DNA of 64,000 bases from a virus (taxonomy: Duplodnaviria > Caudoviricetes), in IMG/VR virus record IMGVR_UViG_3300028048_000106, positions 28,188-92,187 of that record; one strand, given 5' to 3'. The translations under genes and the position numbers were made by a program. How positions within the stretch are numbered: the first letter of the stretch is position 1; every line of letters starts with the position of its first letter. Shown here in pieces: positions 22,618 to 34,688 of the stretch. The notes under the pieces are model-generated. The model made no database searches. It was given only the letters and a program-made list of their open reading frames with translations, and had not been told where the DNA came from.

Positions 22618-22827
22618 ATGTCTTCTTTCTTTCTTTTAGTAAGTGCTGTCATCTTTTGGAAGTGGATAGTGCTTTCTATACAACTTCAACTCGTCAAGCC
22701 ACTTTGCCAACTGTAGATGCTCTTGACCACAAGTGTGAGTCTCTTTACTGCAGACCATCTTCAAGCCAACATTACGAGCATGCTCTATTGCTTCATCTAG
22801 TGTCATGTCTACTATAAGCTCCTCTCT

Positions 22828-23094
22828 TTATATGGCTATGTCTGCCAATAGATGCCATGCTTTGTCTTTCAACTCATCAACAGCATCTGCTTTAACATAC
22901 TTGTTGTTTGGCCCGCTGAAGTCAAATCCATCATCTGCCTCACAGTCTGTGCAGTAGATGTGTGCTGAGTCTACAATGTCACTAGTTGTCAATGTAGGCA
23001 GCTCTAGTCTCTCAATAGACTTTATGAACTCTATGGCTTTCTCTAGCCTTTCTTCAATAATCATGTCAATCTCCTTCAATTGGAACTAGTCCAT
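22828..23094 (-). CDS. Hypothetical protein
   Basis: Track ORF extended to ATG 23094 via one TAG. Confidence 0.5.
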
Positions 23095-23238
23095 CACGTT
23101 GGTCCATCTTTGTGAGTATCTTGTGCAAGTCTTCAATAGACACATCATATTCATCAATGGAAGTACCATTGTCATATGATGCGTGCAAGACAACTTGTCC
23201 TATCTTGTGGTCTTTTAGAAGTCTGTCAAGGTCTAGTC

Positions 23239-23514
23239 TCATCTAATGTACCTTATGAAAGTTGAGTTCTGTCTTGGAATGGCTCTCAATAGCCATAGAT
23301 ATTGTATTGTCTCTGGCATCCGCTCTAAGGCCAAATAGTTGTCTAAGACAGTGCTTCTGACTCTAGAGTCTGTGCTCATTGTCAAGTACCGTCTTACCAT
23401 GAATGGTGAAGCATCTTTGAAGTTCTCAGATGAGATGTGCTCTCTGTAGAGCTCAATTGACTTTGTCTGCAAGATGTTTGCAAGAACATCAAAAAGCATG
23501 TTAGACCTTGCCAT
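23239..23514 (-). CDS. Clamp loader small subunit (T4 gp62-like)
   Basis: SPFMVRRYLTM...QYLWLLRAIPR; directly downstream of gp44 homologue. Confidence 0.65.
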   Translation of the reverse strand: MARSNMLFDVLANILQTKSIELYREHISSENFKDASPFMVRRYLTMSTDSRVRSTVLDNYLALERMPETIQYLWLLRAIPRQNSTFIRYIR

Positions 23515-23571
23515 ATGTCACTCTTGTATTCTTGTGCACTAAGATCTCTACTGTAGATTGGCTAGCATCTG

Positions 23572-24531
23572 TCATCTTTCCATCCATTTTGCAATGGCTG
23601 TCAGCAAGCCAAAGAAGCCACTCTCTTTGTCAATGACAGTGTTCAACTGGAACAGCAGGTCTGTCATCTTTAGTATTCCATCTAAGTCAACAACAATGCC
23701 AGTGTCAACAACATGCTTGTACAATGCACTTCCAAACTCAACATAGTCACTTATCTTGTCTTTCTCAGACAGATAGAACTTCCTGACTTCAAGCATGCTT
23801 CTAGTTGTCTTGAGCTTGTCAACAATGGCATCTAGCAGCTCATTCTTCTCAGACTCAGCAACTTTGTTGAGATTGACAACAAGCTCTCCTGTTGTGCAGC
23901 AGAACTGCAGGTAGTTGATGATTCTTCTGACATCTGGATAGTACTGGAAAGCTTCTTCAATGAAAGCTTTCACTGAGTCTCTTGTGTACTTGATGCCTTC
24001 ACTGTCAAGGATCTTCTTGACATGGATGAGAAGGTCTTTCTTGTCAAACTTGAGAGGGATGACTGGGCAACGAGACAGAAGAGGGGCAATTATCTTCTGC
24101 AAAAAGTTCCCAGTTATCAAGAACCGCGTGTCATCTTGTGCAGCCTCAATCAATGTCCTAAGCGCTTGCTGGAAGTTGTTGCCTCCTCCTGCACTCGCTG
24201 AGTCTACTTCATCAAGTATGACAACTTTTATCTTGCCTTCCATTGACAATGCATTGCAGAAGTCTTGGATCTTTGTCCTAAGGACATCAACGGTGCCATC
24301 TGTTGCACAAGGCACAAACAGCACTTGTGCATCAAGCTCATTGCACAGTATCTTTGCAAGTGTTGTCTTTCCTGACCCTGCTACTCCAATGAGGCTTAAG
24401 TTCTGAAGTGACTTCTTGTCAATCATTGACTTGAAGTACTTCTTTATGTCTTCACCCAAGACATACTCACTAAGGCACTTAGGGCGGTACTTGTCTACCC
24501 AAAGCTCTGTCAATGTGCTATTGTCTTCCAT
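23572..24531 (-). CDS. Clamp loader AAA+ subunit (T4 gp44/RFC-like)
   Basis: LWVDKYRP, GVAGSGKTT, ILDEVD, SRC, PDVRR. Confidence 0.92.
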   Translation of the reverse strand: MEDNSTLTELWVDKYRPKCLSEYVLGEDIKKYFKSMIDKKSLQNLSLIGVAGSGKTTLAKILCNELDAQVLFVPCATDGTVDVLRTKIQDFCNALSMEGKIKVVILDEVDSASAGGGNNFQQALRTLIEAAQDDTRFLITGNFLQKIIAPLLSRCPVIPLKFDKKDLLIHVKKILDSEGIKYTRDSVKAFIEEAFQYYPDVRRIINYLQFCCTTGELVVNLNKVAESEKNELLDAIVDKLKTTRSMLEVRKFYLSEKDKISDYVEFGSALYKHVVDTGIVVDLDGILKMTDLLFQLNTVIDKESGFFGLLTAIAKWMER

Positions 24532-24553
24532 GTATACAACCTACTTGTCTAGA

Positions 24554-25507
24554 TCAAAGTGTCATGAAGTCTGACCAGTCATTTGCTGCTCTTTTGTTGA
24601 GAGGGTTGTCTCTATACAAAGACTCATTTACAGTCTTCAATATCTTGTCTGAGAGTTCCTGTGGTATGCAGTTGAAGTCAATCATCTTTCTGTTCAGCAC
24701 ATATCTTGCTGCAAGCGAGTGGTCTTCTTTCAATGTCTTCTTCAATGCTTCTTTGTCTTTTGTCCACTTCAATGCTGTCTTAGGGCCACATCGTGTGAAC
24801 ACTTGCTGTATGTTGTCTGAACGGTCACCCATTAGGATCTTCCCAACCAAGTAGTCTTGTGCTGAGACGATCTCTCCACCTAAGTCACGCTTAGCCTCTT
24901 TGCCAAACAAGTCAAACTCTCTAATGCCATCAATCTGCAGAAAGTCATGGTCAGATGCAACTAGCATCACTCCAACATATTTGTCTCTAAGGTGCAATAT
25001 TGTTGTGGCGATCACGTCATCACCTTCTGCTCCATCAACTTTAACTAAGTGGTAGCCACGCTCACCTTCAACGTCAAGCTCTTTGAATATGACATCTGCA
25101 ATGTAGTCTTTTATTGGCTGCAGCTGGAACTGCCGCTTCACAAGCGCTCTATGTGCTTTGTACTCAGGGTAGAGTGCTTTGCGGAAAGAGTGGCTTAGCT
25201 TGTCATCCATAGCAAACACAATGTCAATTGCACTGCATTCATCTATCTCGCTTTGGAAGTTTGCTTTTGCAACCTCTTCAACACTCTCAAGCTTCCACAT
25301 CACCTGCTTCTTCAAGCAAGTCTTGTAGTTGTCACAGTTCAAGAGGTTTGGCAGATTCTTTTGGTCACACTCTTCAGCAGGCTTGATCCAAACTGCGGCA
25401 TCTTCTGGATACTTCTCTGTGAATGTCTTTACTGAAGCAAACAGGTTCACATATTCAAAATACGATCCATCAACTACTATCAAGAACTTCTTCTCATTGT
25501 CTTCCAT
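24554..25507 (-). CDS. 5'-3' exonuclease / T4 RNase H-like flap endonuclease
   Basis: VDGS, FRKALYPEYKAHR, EGDDVIA, SDHDFLQ, MGDRSDNI, CGPKTA. Confidence 0.88.
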   Translation of the reverse strand: MEDNEKKFLIVVDGSYFEYVNLFASVKTFTEKYPEDAAVWIKPAEECDQKNLPNLLNCDNYKTCLKKQVMWKLESVEEVAKANFQSEIDECSAIDIVFAMDDKLSHSFRKALYPEYKAHRALVKRQFQLQPIKDYIADVIFKELDVEGERGYHLVKVDGAEGDDVIATTILHLRDKYVGVMLVASDHDFLQIDGIREFDLFGKEAKRDLGGEIVSAQDYLVGKILMGDRSDNIQQVFTRCGPKTALKWTKDKEALKKTLKEDHSLAARYVLNRKMIDFNCIPQELSDKILKTVNESLYRDNPLNKRAANDWSDFMTL

Positions 25508-25533
25508 GACTATATGGTACTCCTATAGACTTG

Positions 25534-26142
25534 TCAGTCTTCTTCAACAAGCTTTGTTGTTGGGAACATCTTTCCTGCATGCAAGTCAGCAAGAAGCTGT
25601 TTCTGCTCATCTGTCAAGTTCTGCTCAAGCTTCTTTGACTCTTCATCAGCTTTTTTCCAATACTCAATGCTCTTAGGGTCTAAGTTGGGGTCATAGTATG
25701 TCCCATCGGGCTTGCTGACTCTATTCAGCAGTGACTCTATTGTCTCAGTAGGAGCCCACTCAACGTCAAGATGCTGCCTTTCTGTACTGCTGTTTGGGTC
25801 ATTCCAATACCCTTGGTCTTTCCACTTCTTGTTGGGGTCATATATGATCCTGTGCTTCTTCAAGTCAACTATGCTTCCATCATTGAGCTTGAACAGCGGA
25901 GAGTCACCAAGAAATCCAAAAGCTGGCATAGGGCCATTGAAGTAAGGGATGTCTTGATTTGGGACAGTGAGCTTTGCACTTGCTGTTGGATCATATGGCC
26001 TAGCTTCAGGGACAGTCAAGTGTCTAGCACTAGACTGCTTGTCTACAGCAAAAGCCTTCTAATATGGCTGCCCATATGCAAAATTCCTAAAGCGACTTTG
26101 GTTTAAAGGGTTTGCAAGAGGATGCGGATTTGTGGCTGTCAT
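25534..26142 (-). CDS. Hypothetical protein (one TAG)
   Basis: Extends to ATG 26142, 6 nt after TACAAT. Confidence 0.6.
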
Positions 26143-27353
26143 AGTGATATTGTATCATAAAACATAAACTATTTATGTTTCAGCTTTTGTGAAGAGGGAC
26201 AATAGGCTCCTCTTCGTAGAATGTTTATAGCTGCGTTAGTGTCTGCATCTATATCCAATCCACAAGAGCAGTGGTAGTGCTCACCTTCTCGGTTTGCCTT
26301 TATCACCGCACCACATTTTGAGCAAGTCTGGCTTGTGTAAGCTGGATCAATCTTAGTCAACGTGAAACCTTCACTTTCACTAAGTGACTCCAGCTTGTCA
26401 ATGACTTGCCTATAAGACCAATATTGAAGCTTGTTGTTGACTGACTTGTAGAATGAAGACTTGTGCTTCACGTTCTTCAAGTCTTCACAAACTATGTCAT
26501 AGTCTTGATGCTCTTCAACAAACTTCTTTGTCAGACGATTTACTTCATTTTCTTTGAATTTCAAGAGCTTTTGGTATTTCTTTGACCCTCTCTTCTTGTT
26601 TGTCAATCTCTTATAGATGTCAATTAGCTCTTTTCCATAGAACTTCCCATTTGAGTCAGCAATCAACTTGTGGTAGCCAAGGTCAATTCCAATCTTCTTT
26701 TGGTTGTCTTTCTTCTTTGCATCTTCCTTTTCATATATGAAGTTCAAGAAGTACTTTCCATTGATTCTTTGCAATTGAACTGACTTCTTCCTCTTCCAGT
26801 CTTTGAACTTCAAACTATGTTTATGGTGCTTGATTGGCAAGCAGATTGTCTTTGCTCTTTTCTTTCCTTCTTTGAAGATTGGCAAGAAAATCCTGACAAA
26901 CATGTCAAACTCTCCATCATCACATTCTTCAATGTCAAAGAGATTCTCGTTCAACATTATTGAGATGTTCTTCAAGTCAAACTTCAGTCTCTTCAGATAA
27001 TTGATGTTGAGTTCGTGGAAATGTTTGTCAGTGAAATTCTTGAACTTGTTGTTCTTCAAGCACCATCCAAAAACCTTCTTGTATTTTCCAAAGACTCTTT
27101 GTCTAAGATTTGCTAATTGACTTCTGACAATTTCACTCGCATTCTTGTATACAAGCTACTTAAAACGCGAATGCTTAATTGCACACTCTGGACAGTCTTT
27201 AGTTGATAGATACTGCTTGATTGGCAACTGTCCTCTTTTGATTAGCTCAAGATAAGTCTTCAAAGATGACTCGTACAAAGCAAACATCTAGTCAAGATCA
27301 TTTGTCTTAACTTGGTTACAAAACTTCAAACTATGCTTGCTTGTTCTTGTCAT
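26139..27353 (-). mobile_element. tnpB: TnpB RNA-guided endonuclease gene #1, TAG-recoded, no TnpA
   Basis: GIDLG, VCEDL, TSQTCSKCG, CSCG, DADTNAAINI; N-terminus MTRTSKHSLKF reached through 2 TAG. Confidence 0.85.
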
Positions 27354-27517
27354 ATATCTATTTACTCTTTAAGAATATGTTTCTGATATTCTTATTTACT
27401 CAAATCAACTGCAATTCTTTGCATGATTTATGCTGTTTATGCAATTCAATTAGTTTATCGCTTTAAATACATTCTACACATGTGAGGTAAATAAAGACAA
27501 AGTAGAGGTCAACAACA

Positions 27518-28018
27518 ATGTCAGTCTCAAAAGAGTTTCTAGAAGAAGCAGAGTTTGCAAAGAACAGAATAATGCAGAGCAATCTTGACACATCATGCAA
27601 GAAATCTCTGCACCGTCTCGTGAACATATCAACTGAAGCAACAAATGGCTTGACTCTTGATGAGAAAGTGCAGAAGATAACAGAGGCAATCTGTGGAATG
27701 GTGTTCTCACAAGTCAACTTCCTTGACACAGTTGACAAGAAGATAGAGAATGCAAACAAAGAGCAGTGCAAGACATGCATTGCTATGAAGCATGCTACTG
27801 ATGAAGAGAGCGAGAAGACAAAGCAATAGGTAATAGAAGAGTGGAAAAAACAGCATGGATACACTGAAGACAAAAAAGAATCAGAGAAGATGAGCATTCT
27901 TGACACAGTCAAAGCTGTGCTTGTGAAGCCATATGTCTGGCTGTTTGGTGCAATATTAGTCTTCAGTCCTTATGGTGTCTAGATAGTAGATGCTATACTG
28001 AAGTTCTTCAACAAGTGA
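27518..28018 (+). CDS. Late protein with C-terminal hydrophobic segment, TAG-recoded
   Basis: Reads through TAG 27827 to TGA; PYVWLFGAILVFSPYG. Confidence 0.6.
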
Positions 28019-28040
28019 ATTGCTTGACTAGATGAAGACT

Positions 28041-28067
28041 AAAGCCATGGAATTATTCCATGGCTTT
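28041..28067. terminator. Bidirectional intrinsic terminator hairpin
   Basis: AAAGCCATGGAA-TTA-TTCCATGGCTTT between convergent genes. Confidence 0.75.
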
Positions 28068-28097
28068 GCTTATGTAGATATAGATCTAGCGTGTGGC

Positions 28098-29033
28098 TCA
28101 ATTCATTTTCTCAAGAACACTTTTCCAATAGGCAATTGCTTCTGTGATCTGCTTCTTTGTGTACTGCTTCTTAGTAGGCTTTGACTCATCAAGGCGCTTT
28201 TCATTGATTTTTTTCGATAAGTCATCAATATCTTTGTCAAATGCTGACTAGTTGAACCCTGCATCCTTGAGGATGCTCCGACCATTCTGTGTTATCAGGT
28301 ACTTGTTGCCTTTACTTGTAGCAACGCCCATGTCAACTAATTCATCTAAGATCTTGACTTGTGCATTGAAGTCTTCTTTTGATGCATCGCATATCTTCTT
28401 GATGTCATCTTTGCTAAGTCCATTGCCTTTTGTCTGGGCAAGAGATGTGAGCAATGCAATCTATCCATCATCTAAGTTCTTTAATGCATGCTTATTCTCA
28501 AAGTACTTCTATATCTTATGGCCGCCATATGCTCCAATGCCAACTAATGCAAGCGCTGGAATAAGACCAGCTCCAAGCAAAGCAGACACAATACCGCCAG
28601 TAATCCACCCAAGTATTCCACCAATCCATCCTTCATTCAAGATCTCATTCGCATTTTCTTCTTCGTAGAACCTATGGCGACTGCCACCGTTATTCATTCC
28701 AAGGCCCATGCCTTTCATACGTGCATTGTTCATGAAGAGCATTGCTTTCTCAAATGCTGCACGAGGACTTGGATTCTGCTCTTTTATCTGTCCAAGACTG
28801 TAGAAGAACTTGCGTGTCCACTCTGTGTTCAGTCCAGCGTCATCAAAAAGCTCATGGCAGAGTGCAACAACATCTTCAAATGTGCGGCACTTGTTGAAAC
28901 GCTCAAAGTTTGTTGTCAATATCTCAGCAACTGAGCCAGGGATCTTTGAGAGGTCTAAGTCATTGAACGACTTGAATTGGGCTTCATCTATGTTTTTGTC
29001 TGTCTTCATGTTATGTCTTTCTTTGTAGTTCAT
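28098..29033 (-). CDS. Late (possibly virion) protein with Gly-rich hydrophobic segment, TAG-recoded
   Basis: Two track ORFs joined via TAG; start 29033 or 29009; GTAAATA upstream. Confidence 0.6.
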
Positions 29034-29052
29034 GTTATGTCTTTCTTTGTAG
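29005..29052. repeat. Exact 24-nt tandem duplication covering the translation start region
   Basis: TTCATGTTATGTCTTTCTTTGTAG x2. Confidence 0.85.
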
Positions 29053-29071
29053 TTGTAGATATATTTACTTT

Positions 29072-29884
29072 TTATGACACATAGAAGCACTGCGCTTTGC
29101 TCTCACGAGAGATGAGCTCTTCTAGTATCTTGTCTTTCTCTTCTTTCCCTTCATTGTATATCTCTACGTCAAGAGTGCCACCGCCTAGAAGTGCTGTGCC
29201 CTAGAACTTCTTGCGTATTGTGCCAACGAGCATCTTTGCTTCTGCTAAAGCGAGGTGCAAGACTGTGTCATTGCCATAGTACTGCTCAAGTGGTGGCTCA
29301 GCATTCACAGTCAAGAGAATGAACCGGTCGCGGCCACAAGGATGTGGTTCAGGTATCAAGCGCAGATGCTGTGTGACTTTGTCAAACTCGAAGTCTGGGT
29401 TTGAGCCAGTCATCTTCTTGCTGAGGTCATAGAACTCATGTGCATTGTGGTACAATGTCCACATTCCAACAGGGTTTGCATTGCCCATTCCATACATTGG
29501 TGACCCTTGCCCTTGGCCCATGTATGCATACATGCCAAAGAACATGTCTGGCTAAGTTCCAAATATTGCATCTCGCTGTGTTGCAATGTCTTTCACAGAC
29601 ATGATCTTGAACTCATGCAAGTCAAGCCCTTCACCCGGCTTGTAGTACTTGAGGTTCACAGTGAGATATGACTCTTGGTGGTACTCGTATCTTGAGAATA
29701 TGCGGATTGCATTTGCTATGCATGAATTCAACTAGTTGTCATTCAACTCTACTGTGACAAGTGGATATCCAAGCTAAGTAAGAATCCAGTCTTTCACTTT
29801 TTCAATTGTGTCAATCTTCTAGTTGAGCCATGTGTCATTTGGATCAATTCTGATCTCTGGCTTCTCTTTTACAGCATTCTTCAT
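29072..29884 (-). CDS. Neck protein (T4 gp13-like), TAG-recoded
   Basis: WILT[Q]LGYPLVTVELNDN[Q]L; LAEAKMLVGTIRKKF[Q]G..LGGGTLD. Confidence 0.85.
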
Positions 29885-29926
29885 ACATTGACTATTTACT
29901 TCAATGCATGTTGATTTGCCTAGCTG

Positions 29927-30181
29927 TCATAGACTAATGCTTCCAAGCTATAAGTTTCTATATACTGTTCTGCAGCTTGGATATGCATAGCTATGCTGTG
30001 GCTGCCAATGATTGAATGGCACCCCATAGTCATATACACTTTTGAGATGGCTATACTCATCCCTAGTGATGATGCACTCAATGCCAATAAGGTCACATTT
30101 CATTCTAAACTCATCATATGTTGATGTGCTTCTCAATGCATCTACCATTGCATCTATGTCATAGTCTACGCCATCTTCCAT
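29927..30181 (-). CDS. Hypothetical protein
   Basis: ATG 6 nt after TACAAT; TAG 29948 read through to TGA. Confidence 0.5.
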
Positions 30182-30220
30182 AGAGATATTGTACTGCCAA
30201 AAAAGTAAATATTGACTACC

Positions 30221-30967
30221 ATGGACATACCATTCTATTCAGACATATATGCATTTCCGGGCCCTTGGCGCCACACATGCCATCCACATAGACCACACTT
30301 CAAGAGAAGTCAAGTTGTTGAGACATCTAAAGAAGTTGCAATAAGTGATGCCACTGGCAGTCTACGCTACACTGTCTAGCTAGTGTCATCTCCACTTGAA
30401 GATGGCCTTGGATTCTAGGTGAGAGTTGTCCACCACTACCCCAATGGCACAGATGAAGATGTTGAGCTAGTGAAGACTGTCCCTGAAGATGGGACATACA
30501 CCAGAGATTACAAGAAGATTGAAGATGCTTTCAATACATGTGTGCAGAGGTACAACTCTCTAGTCAAAGCTGAGACGCAAGACTTCAACACAATTGACAT
30601 ATACAAAGACAAGATTGGATACAAGAAGACACATCCAGACTGCTGCATGTTCTGTGAGTGGAGCAGAATGCCAACACCACTTGACATGTGGCACAAGTGC
30701 CCAGGCTATCCACATCTTGAATGCCACAACCCAGACAATGAGTTCAAGTTCACATACATGGTAGATGATTTCCCTGGCTTTCCAAACAAGAACCACCATA
30801 GATATTGCCCAGACAGTTGGCACAAGCTGCCATGGATGGAAGAAGACCCATTCAAGAGAAAGCCTCTTAGAGGAGATGAAGTCTTGAACAGGATCTTTCC
30901 ACATGTTGACATGTTTGGAGTGTGCAATGGCTTCAAGAGAAGAGACAGTAAAATGCCTCCACATTGA
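30221..30967 (+). CDS. Cys/His/Pro-rich hypothetical late protein, TAG-recoded
   Basis: ATG 9 nt after GTAAATA; two TAG before the track ORF. Confidence 0.6.
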
Positions 30968-31057
30968 TTGCAGAGGCATTGAGCAGCAGTATGACAAATG
31001 GCACCTATAGATGTAGGTGCCATTTCTGTCTATGCTATGCTATGCTATATAGGTCAG

Positions 31058-32248
31058 TCAGTTCTTCAAATAGTTGTCTACTTTGCTCTTGTAGTCACGC
31101 ATTCCATAAGTCTTTGGCTGGAGGCTCTTCAACTCTTCAAGCAACTTAGTCTGCTTGCTGTCAAGACTGTCAAATGGCATGACTTTGAACTCAACAACTA
31201 GACTCCCTCTTGCATCTTTTGACCTCACTCCTTGTCCTGGAAGCGTCTTTGTTGCTCCACTTGTTGTCTTTGCTGGCACATCAACCATCAGCTTTTCCCA
31301 AGGAGTCTGGACTTCAATCTTCCCACCTAGCGTTGCTGTGATGGCATCTATAGGCACAACAGTCTTCAAGTTCATTCCACTTCTTGCAAAAAGACTGCTT
31401 GGTGACACTGAGATGCCTATGTACATGTCACCATTGTGTCCACCTTTCAGTCCACACTCTCCTTTTCCATGCACTCTAAGGCGTTGACCGCTATCAATTC
31501 CAGCAGGCACTTTCACTGACACGCGCTTCTTGGCATCAACTCGTTTCTGTCCATGGCACTTCTTGCACAGCTTTGCTGACACACCTTGCCCATGGCAGTG
31601 CGGGCATGGACTTATTGTCTGAGACACCATAAATCCATTCCGCTGTGTATGGACAACTTGCCCTGTGCCATTGCAGTGAGAGCACTTAGTTGGACTGCTT
31701 CCTTTCTCTACTCCTCGCCCAGAGCATTCTGGGCATGGGTCACTCAAAGTCAAGTCAATGTCTTTGACACAGCCATACAGCGCTTCTTTGAATGTCAACT
31801 GCATTGCCATCTGCAAGTCACTGCCATTCTCAGGTGAGTCAAAGTCGGGCTCTCTACTGTGGTGTCTTCTACTTCCAAATCCACCAAAGCCAAATGGACT
31901 GAAGCCAGCATCATCTTCTTCTTCAAATGGATTTCCACCAAAGTGCGCTCTAAACAGGTCAAACGGATTGAACCCAGATGAGCTGAAGCCACCTCCCATA
32001 CTAGGGCCATCAAATCCAAATTGGTCATATTGGGCTCTCTTGTCTTTGTCTGAGAGCACTGAGTATGCTTCAGCAACTTCTTTGAACTTTGCTTCTGCAT
32101 CTTTCTTCTCAGACTCGCTTTTGCCAACTTGACGGTCAGGATGGTACTTCAAGCTTAGCTTGTGGTAGCTCTTCTTCAACTCCTCATCGGTAGCATTCTT
32201 TCCAACGCCAAGCACTTCATAGTAGTCACGTCTGTCTGCCATAGTCAT
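31058..32248 (-). CDS. dnaJ: Chaperone DnaJ
   Basis: J domain with HPD, G/F region, four CxxCxG zinc repeats, C-terminal domain. Confidence 0.95.
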   Translation of the reverse strand: MTMADRRDYYEVLGVGKNATDEELKKSYHKLSLKYHPDRQVGKSESEKKDAEAKFKEVAEAYSVLSDKDKRAQYDQFGFDGPSMGGGFSSSGFNPFDLFRAHFGGNPFEEEDDAGFSPFGFGGFGSRRHHSREPDFDSPENGSDLQMAMQLTFKEALYGCVKDIDLTLSDPCPECSGRGVEKGSSPTKCSHCNGTGQVVHTQRNGFMVSQTISPCPHCHGQGVSAKLCKKCHGQKRVDAKKRVSVKVPAGIDSGQRLRVHGKGECGLKGGHNGDMYIGISVSPSSLFARSGMNLKTVVPIDAITATLGGKIEVQTPWEKLMVDVPAKTTSGATKTLPGQGVRSKDARGSLVVEFKVMPFDSLDSKQTKLLEELKSLQPKTYGMRDYKSKVDNYLKN

Positions 32249-32568
32249 TTTTCACTTTCTGCGGCGTGCTTTTCATTTGTCTGTTGGCCATGCCCTGGAT
32301 CTGCAATGATCTTGTTTACACGGCAAAATGACTCATCATCATTCTTCTGCTCTATTGAGTAGTCAATGATTGACAGCACCTGAGGGATGCCTCTAAGATA
32401 GACGCTCTTGAACCAAAAAGCAAAAGACTCAACTGCTGCTTTGTCTTTCTTATCTATGATGAACTGGTTGCGGCCAGAGTCTTCAAGCACAATGACTGTG
32501 TCATGAAGCTCTACTCCACATATAAAGCATGACCGAAACCGCTTAACTTTGTCACTAGTAGTAGCCAT
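32245..32568 (-). CDS. Hypothetical protein (CxxC) between dnaK and dnaJ
   Basis: 107-aa ORF, ATGA overlap with dnaJ. Confidence 0.55.
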   Translation of the reverse strand: MATTSDKVKRFRSCFICGVELHDTVIVLEDSGRNQFIIDKKDKAAVESFAFWFKSVYLRGIPQVLSIIDYSIEQKNDDESFCRVNKIIADPGHGQQTNEKHAAESEK

Positions 32569-32590
32569 ATCTATATGTATGAAAACAAAA

Positions 32591-32619
32591 CTTTGACTGG
32601 CAGTAACTGCCAGTCAAAG
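32591..32619 (-). terminator. Intrinsic terminator after dnaK
   Basis: CTTTGACTGGCAG-TAA-CTGCCAGTCAAAG perfect stem followed by T-rich tract on minus strand. Confidence 0.8.
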
Positions 32620-32639
32620 ACATTTTACAACTTTAGGCC

Positions 32640-34604
32640 TCAAACGGTCTCAGCATCAACCGTTCCAGAGTCATTGCCCGTTGTTCCAGCACTGCCACTT
32701 GATGTTGATGCTCCACCCATGTTCTTGAACATCTCAGCAAACTTAGGGTCATTCTTCATCTTCTCTAAGTCTTCAGCAGAGAAGTTTGGCATCTGTCCAT
32801 TTGCTCCAGCGGGGTAGATCTTCTTGACAACCGGCTCCCATGCCTTTGTCAAAGCATCAACAGCATCTTTCACCTTCTGGATGTCATCAGTCTTCATCTC
32901 TTCACGGACTTTGGCAATTGCATCATTGATGGCTTTCTTCTCATCATCTGTTGCTTTGTCACCATTGTCTTTCAGAGTCTTCTCAATAGAGAAGCACAGA
33001 CTGTCAGCTGCATTCTTCTCCATCACAACTTCAGCACGCTTCTTGTCTTCTTCTTCATGCGCCTCAGCATCGGCCTTCATGCGCTCAATCTCCTCTTTTG
33101 AGAGGCCAGACCCATTTGTGATGGTGATGTGCTGCTCTTTGTTTGTCCCAAGGTCCTTTGCAGACACTGATATGATGTTGTTTGCATCAATGTCTACTGT
33201 CACTTCAATCTGTGGGACTCCACGTGGAGCAGGAGGGATTCCATCTAAGTTGAAAGACCCGAGCAGCTTGTTGTCAGCAAACATCTTGCGGTTGCCTGTT
33301 GCTAGACGTATTGTCACGGCTGGCTGGTTGTCTACTGCTGTTGAGAACACCTGTGACTTCTTTGTTGGGATTGTTGTGTTCTTCTCAATGAGTGTTGTGA
33401 ATATCTGGCCCATTGTCTCAATGCCAATGTCAAGAGGCGTCACGTCAAGAAGAAGGACATCTCCACCAACATTCTCGCCAGCAATGATAGATGCCTGTAT
33501 TGCTGCTCCTTCTGCAACAACAGTGTCAAGATTTGCATTCTTGCTTGGCTCTTTATTGAACAGTGCCTTGACTTTCTCTTGCACCAAAGGCATACGGCAA
33601 GAGCCACCAACAAGGACAACATCATCAATCTCACACTTTGCGTCATCAAGCAAAGCTTTTACTGGAGCGTCAAGACGGTCTACAAGAGGAGCAGCTAGCT
33701 GCTCAAACTTTGCACGTGTGAGCTCATACACCAGGTGCTTAGGGCCAGATGCATCAGCTGTGATGAATGGCAGATTGATAGAGTATGAAGGTGTAGTAGA
33801 CAGTGCGCACTTAGCCTTCTCAGACTCTTCAACAATCCTCTGCATTGCCATTGGGTCATTGCTCAAGTCAATGCCATTGTCTTTCTTGAACTCTGCAACA
33901 AGCCAGTCAGCGATGGCATTGTCGAAGTCCCAGCCACCAAGATGGTTGTCGCCATTTATTCCAATGACTTCAAACACACCATCTGCAATGTCAAGTATAG
34001 AGAGGTCAGATGTGCCACATCCAATGTCAGCAATTGCAATCTTTCCAGTCTTCTTCTTTGAAAGGCCATATGACAGACAAGCAGCTGTTGGCTCTGACAG
34101 CACTCTGACACACTCCATGCCAGCAATTGTTGCTGCATTCTTTGTTGCTTCTTTTGCTGCTGCATTGAAGTATGCTGGAACAGTCACAACACACTTCTTT
34201 ATCTCATATCCAAGATATGCTTCTGCATCTTTCTTCAACTTTCCAAGTATCTTAGCTGAGATCTCTTCTGGAGAGTACAGCTTGCCATCAATCTTCACTC
34301 TGCACTGGTTGTTTGGCCCTGCCACAACCTCATATGGCACGTTTGCAATCTCATCTTTGGCTTCATCTACTGTCTTTCCCATGAAGCGCTTTATTGCAAA
34401 CACAGTGCGCTTAGGGTTTGTCACGCGCTGCCGCGCTGCTTGTGTTCCAACAAGAATCTCACCAGATGATGTAAATGCGACAACAGATGGTGTTGTCATG
34501 CTGCCAGTGTCCTTTGCTGGAATTATGATTGGCTTGCCTCCTTCAGAGATGGCAACAACCGAATTGCCTGTTCCCAGGTCAAAACCTACAATTTTGTCAC
34601 TCAT
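32640..34604 (-). CDS. dnaK: Chaperone DnaK (Hsp70)
   Basis: GFDLGT, TPSVVAF, TVPAYF, EPTAA, LLLDVTPL, GIPPAPRGVPQIEV. Confidence 0.97.
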   Translation of the reverse strand: MSDKIVGFDLGTGNSVVAISEGGKPIIIPAKDTGSMTTPSVVAFTSSGEILVGTQAARQRVTNPKRTVFAIKRFMGKTVDEAKDEIANVPYEVVAGPNNQCRVKIDGKLYSPEEISAKILGKLKKDAEAYLGYEIKKCVVTVPAYFNAAAKEATKNAATIAGMECVRVLSEPTAACLSYGLSKKKTGKIAIADIGCGTSDLSILDIADGVFEVIGINGDNHLGGWDFDNAIADWLVAEFKKDNGIDLSNDPMAMQRIVEESEKAKCALSTTPSYSINLPFITADASGPKHLVYELTRAKFEQLAAPLVDRLDAPVKALLDDAKCEIDDVVLVGGSCRMPLVQEKVKALFNKEPSKNANLDTVVAEGAAIQASIIAGENVGGDVLLLDVTPLDIGIETMGQIFTTLIEKNTTIPTKKSQVFSTAVDNQPAVTIRLATGNRKMFADNKLLGSFNLDGIPPAPRGVPQIEVTVDIDANNIISVSAKDLGTNKEQHITITNGSGLSKEEIERMKADAEAHEEEDKKRAEVVMEKNAADSLCFSIEKTLKDNGDKATDDEKKAINDAIAKVREEMKTDDIQKVKDAVDALTKAWEPVVKKIYPAGANGQMPNFSAEDLEKMKNDPKFAEMFKNMGGASTSSGSAGTTGNDSGTVDAETV

Positions 34605-34688
34605 ATTTTGTTTCCTTTGTATTCAAAACAGTCATATTTGATCTATTTCATTTCTATAATATACTTGCCTGACTACTATTTCTGTTGG

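Noticed and set aside
32824-34641. 605-aa plus-strand ORF
   Set aside because: Well-known antisense shadow ORF of dnaK/hsp70 codon usage; no independent motifs.
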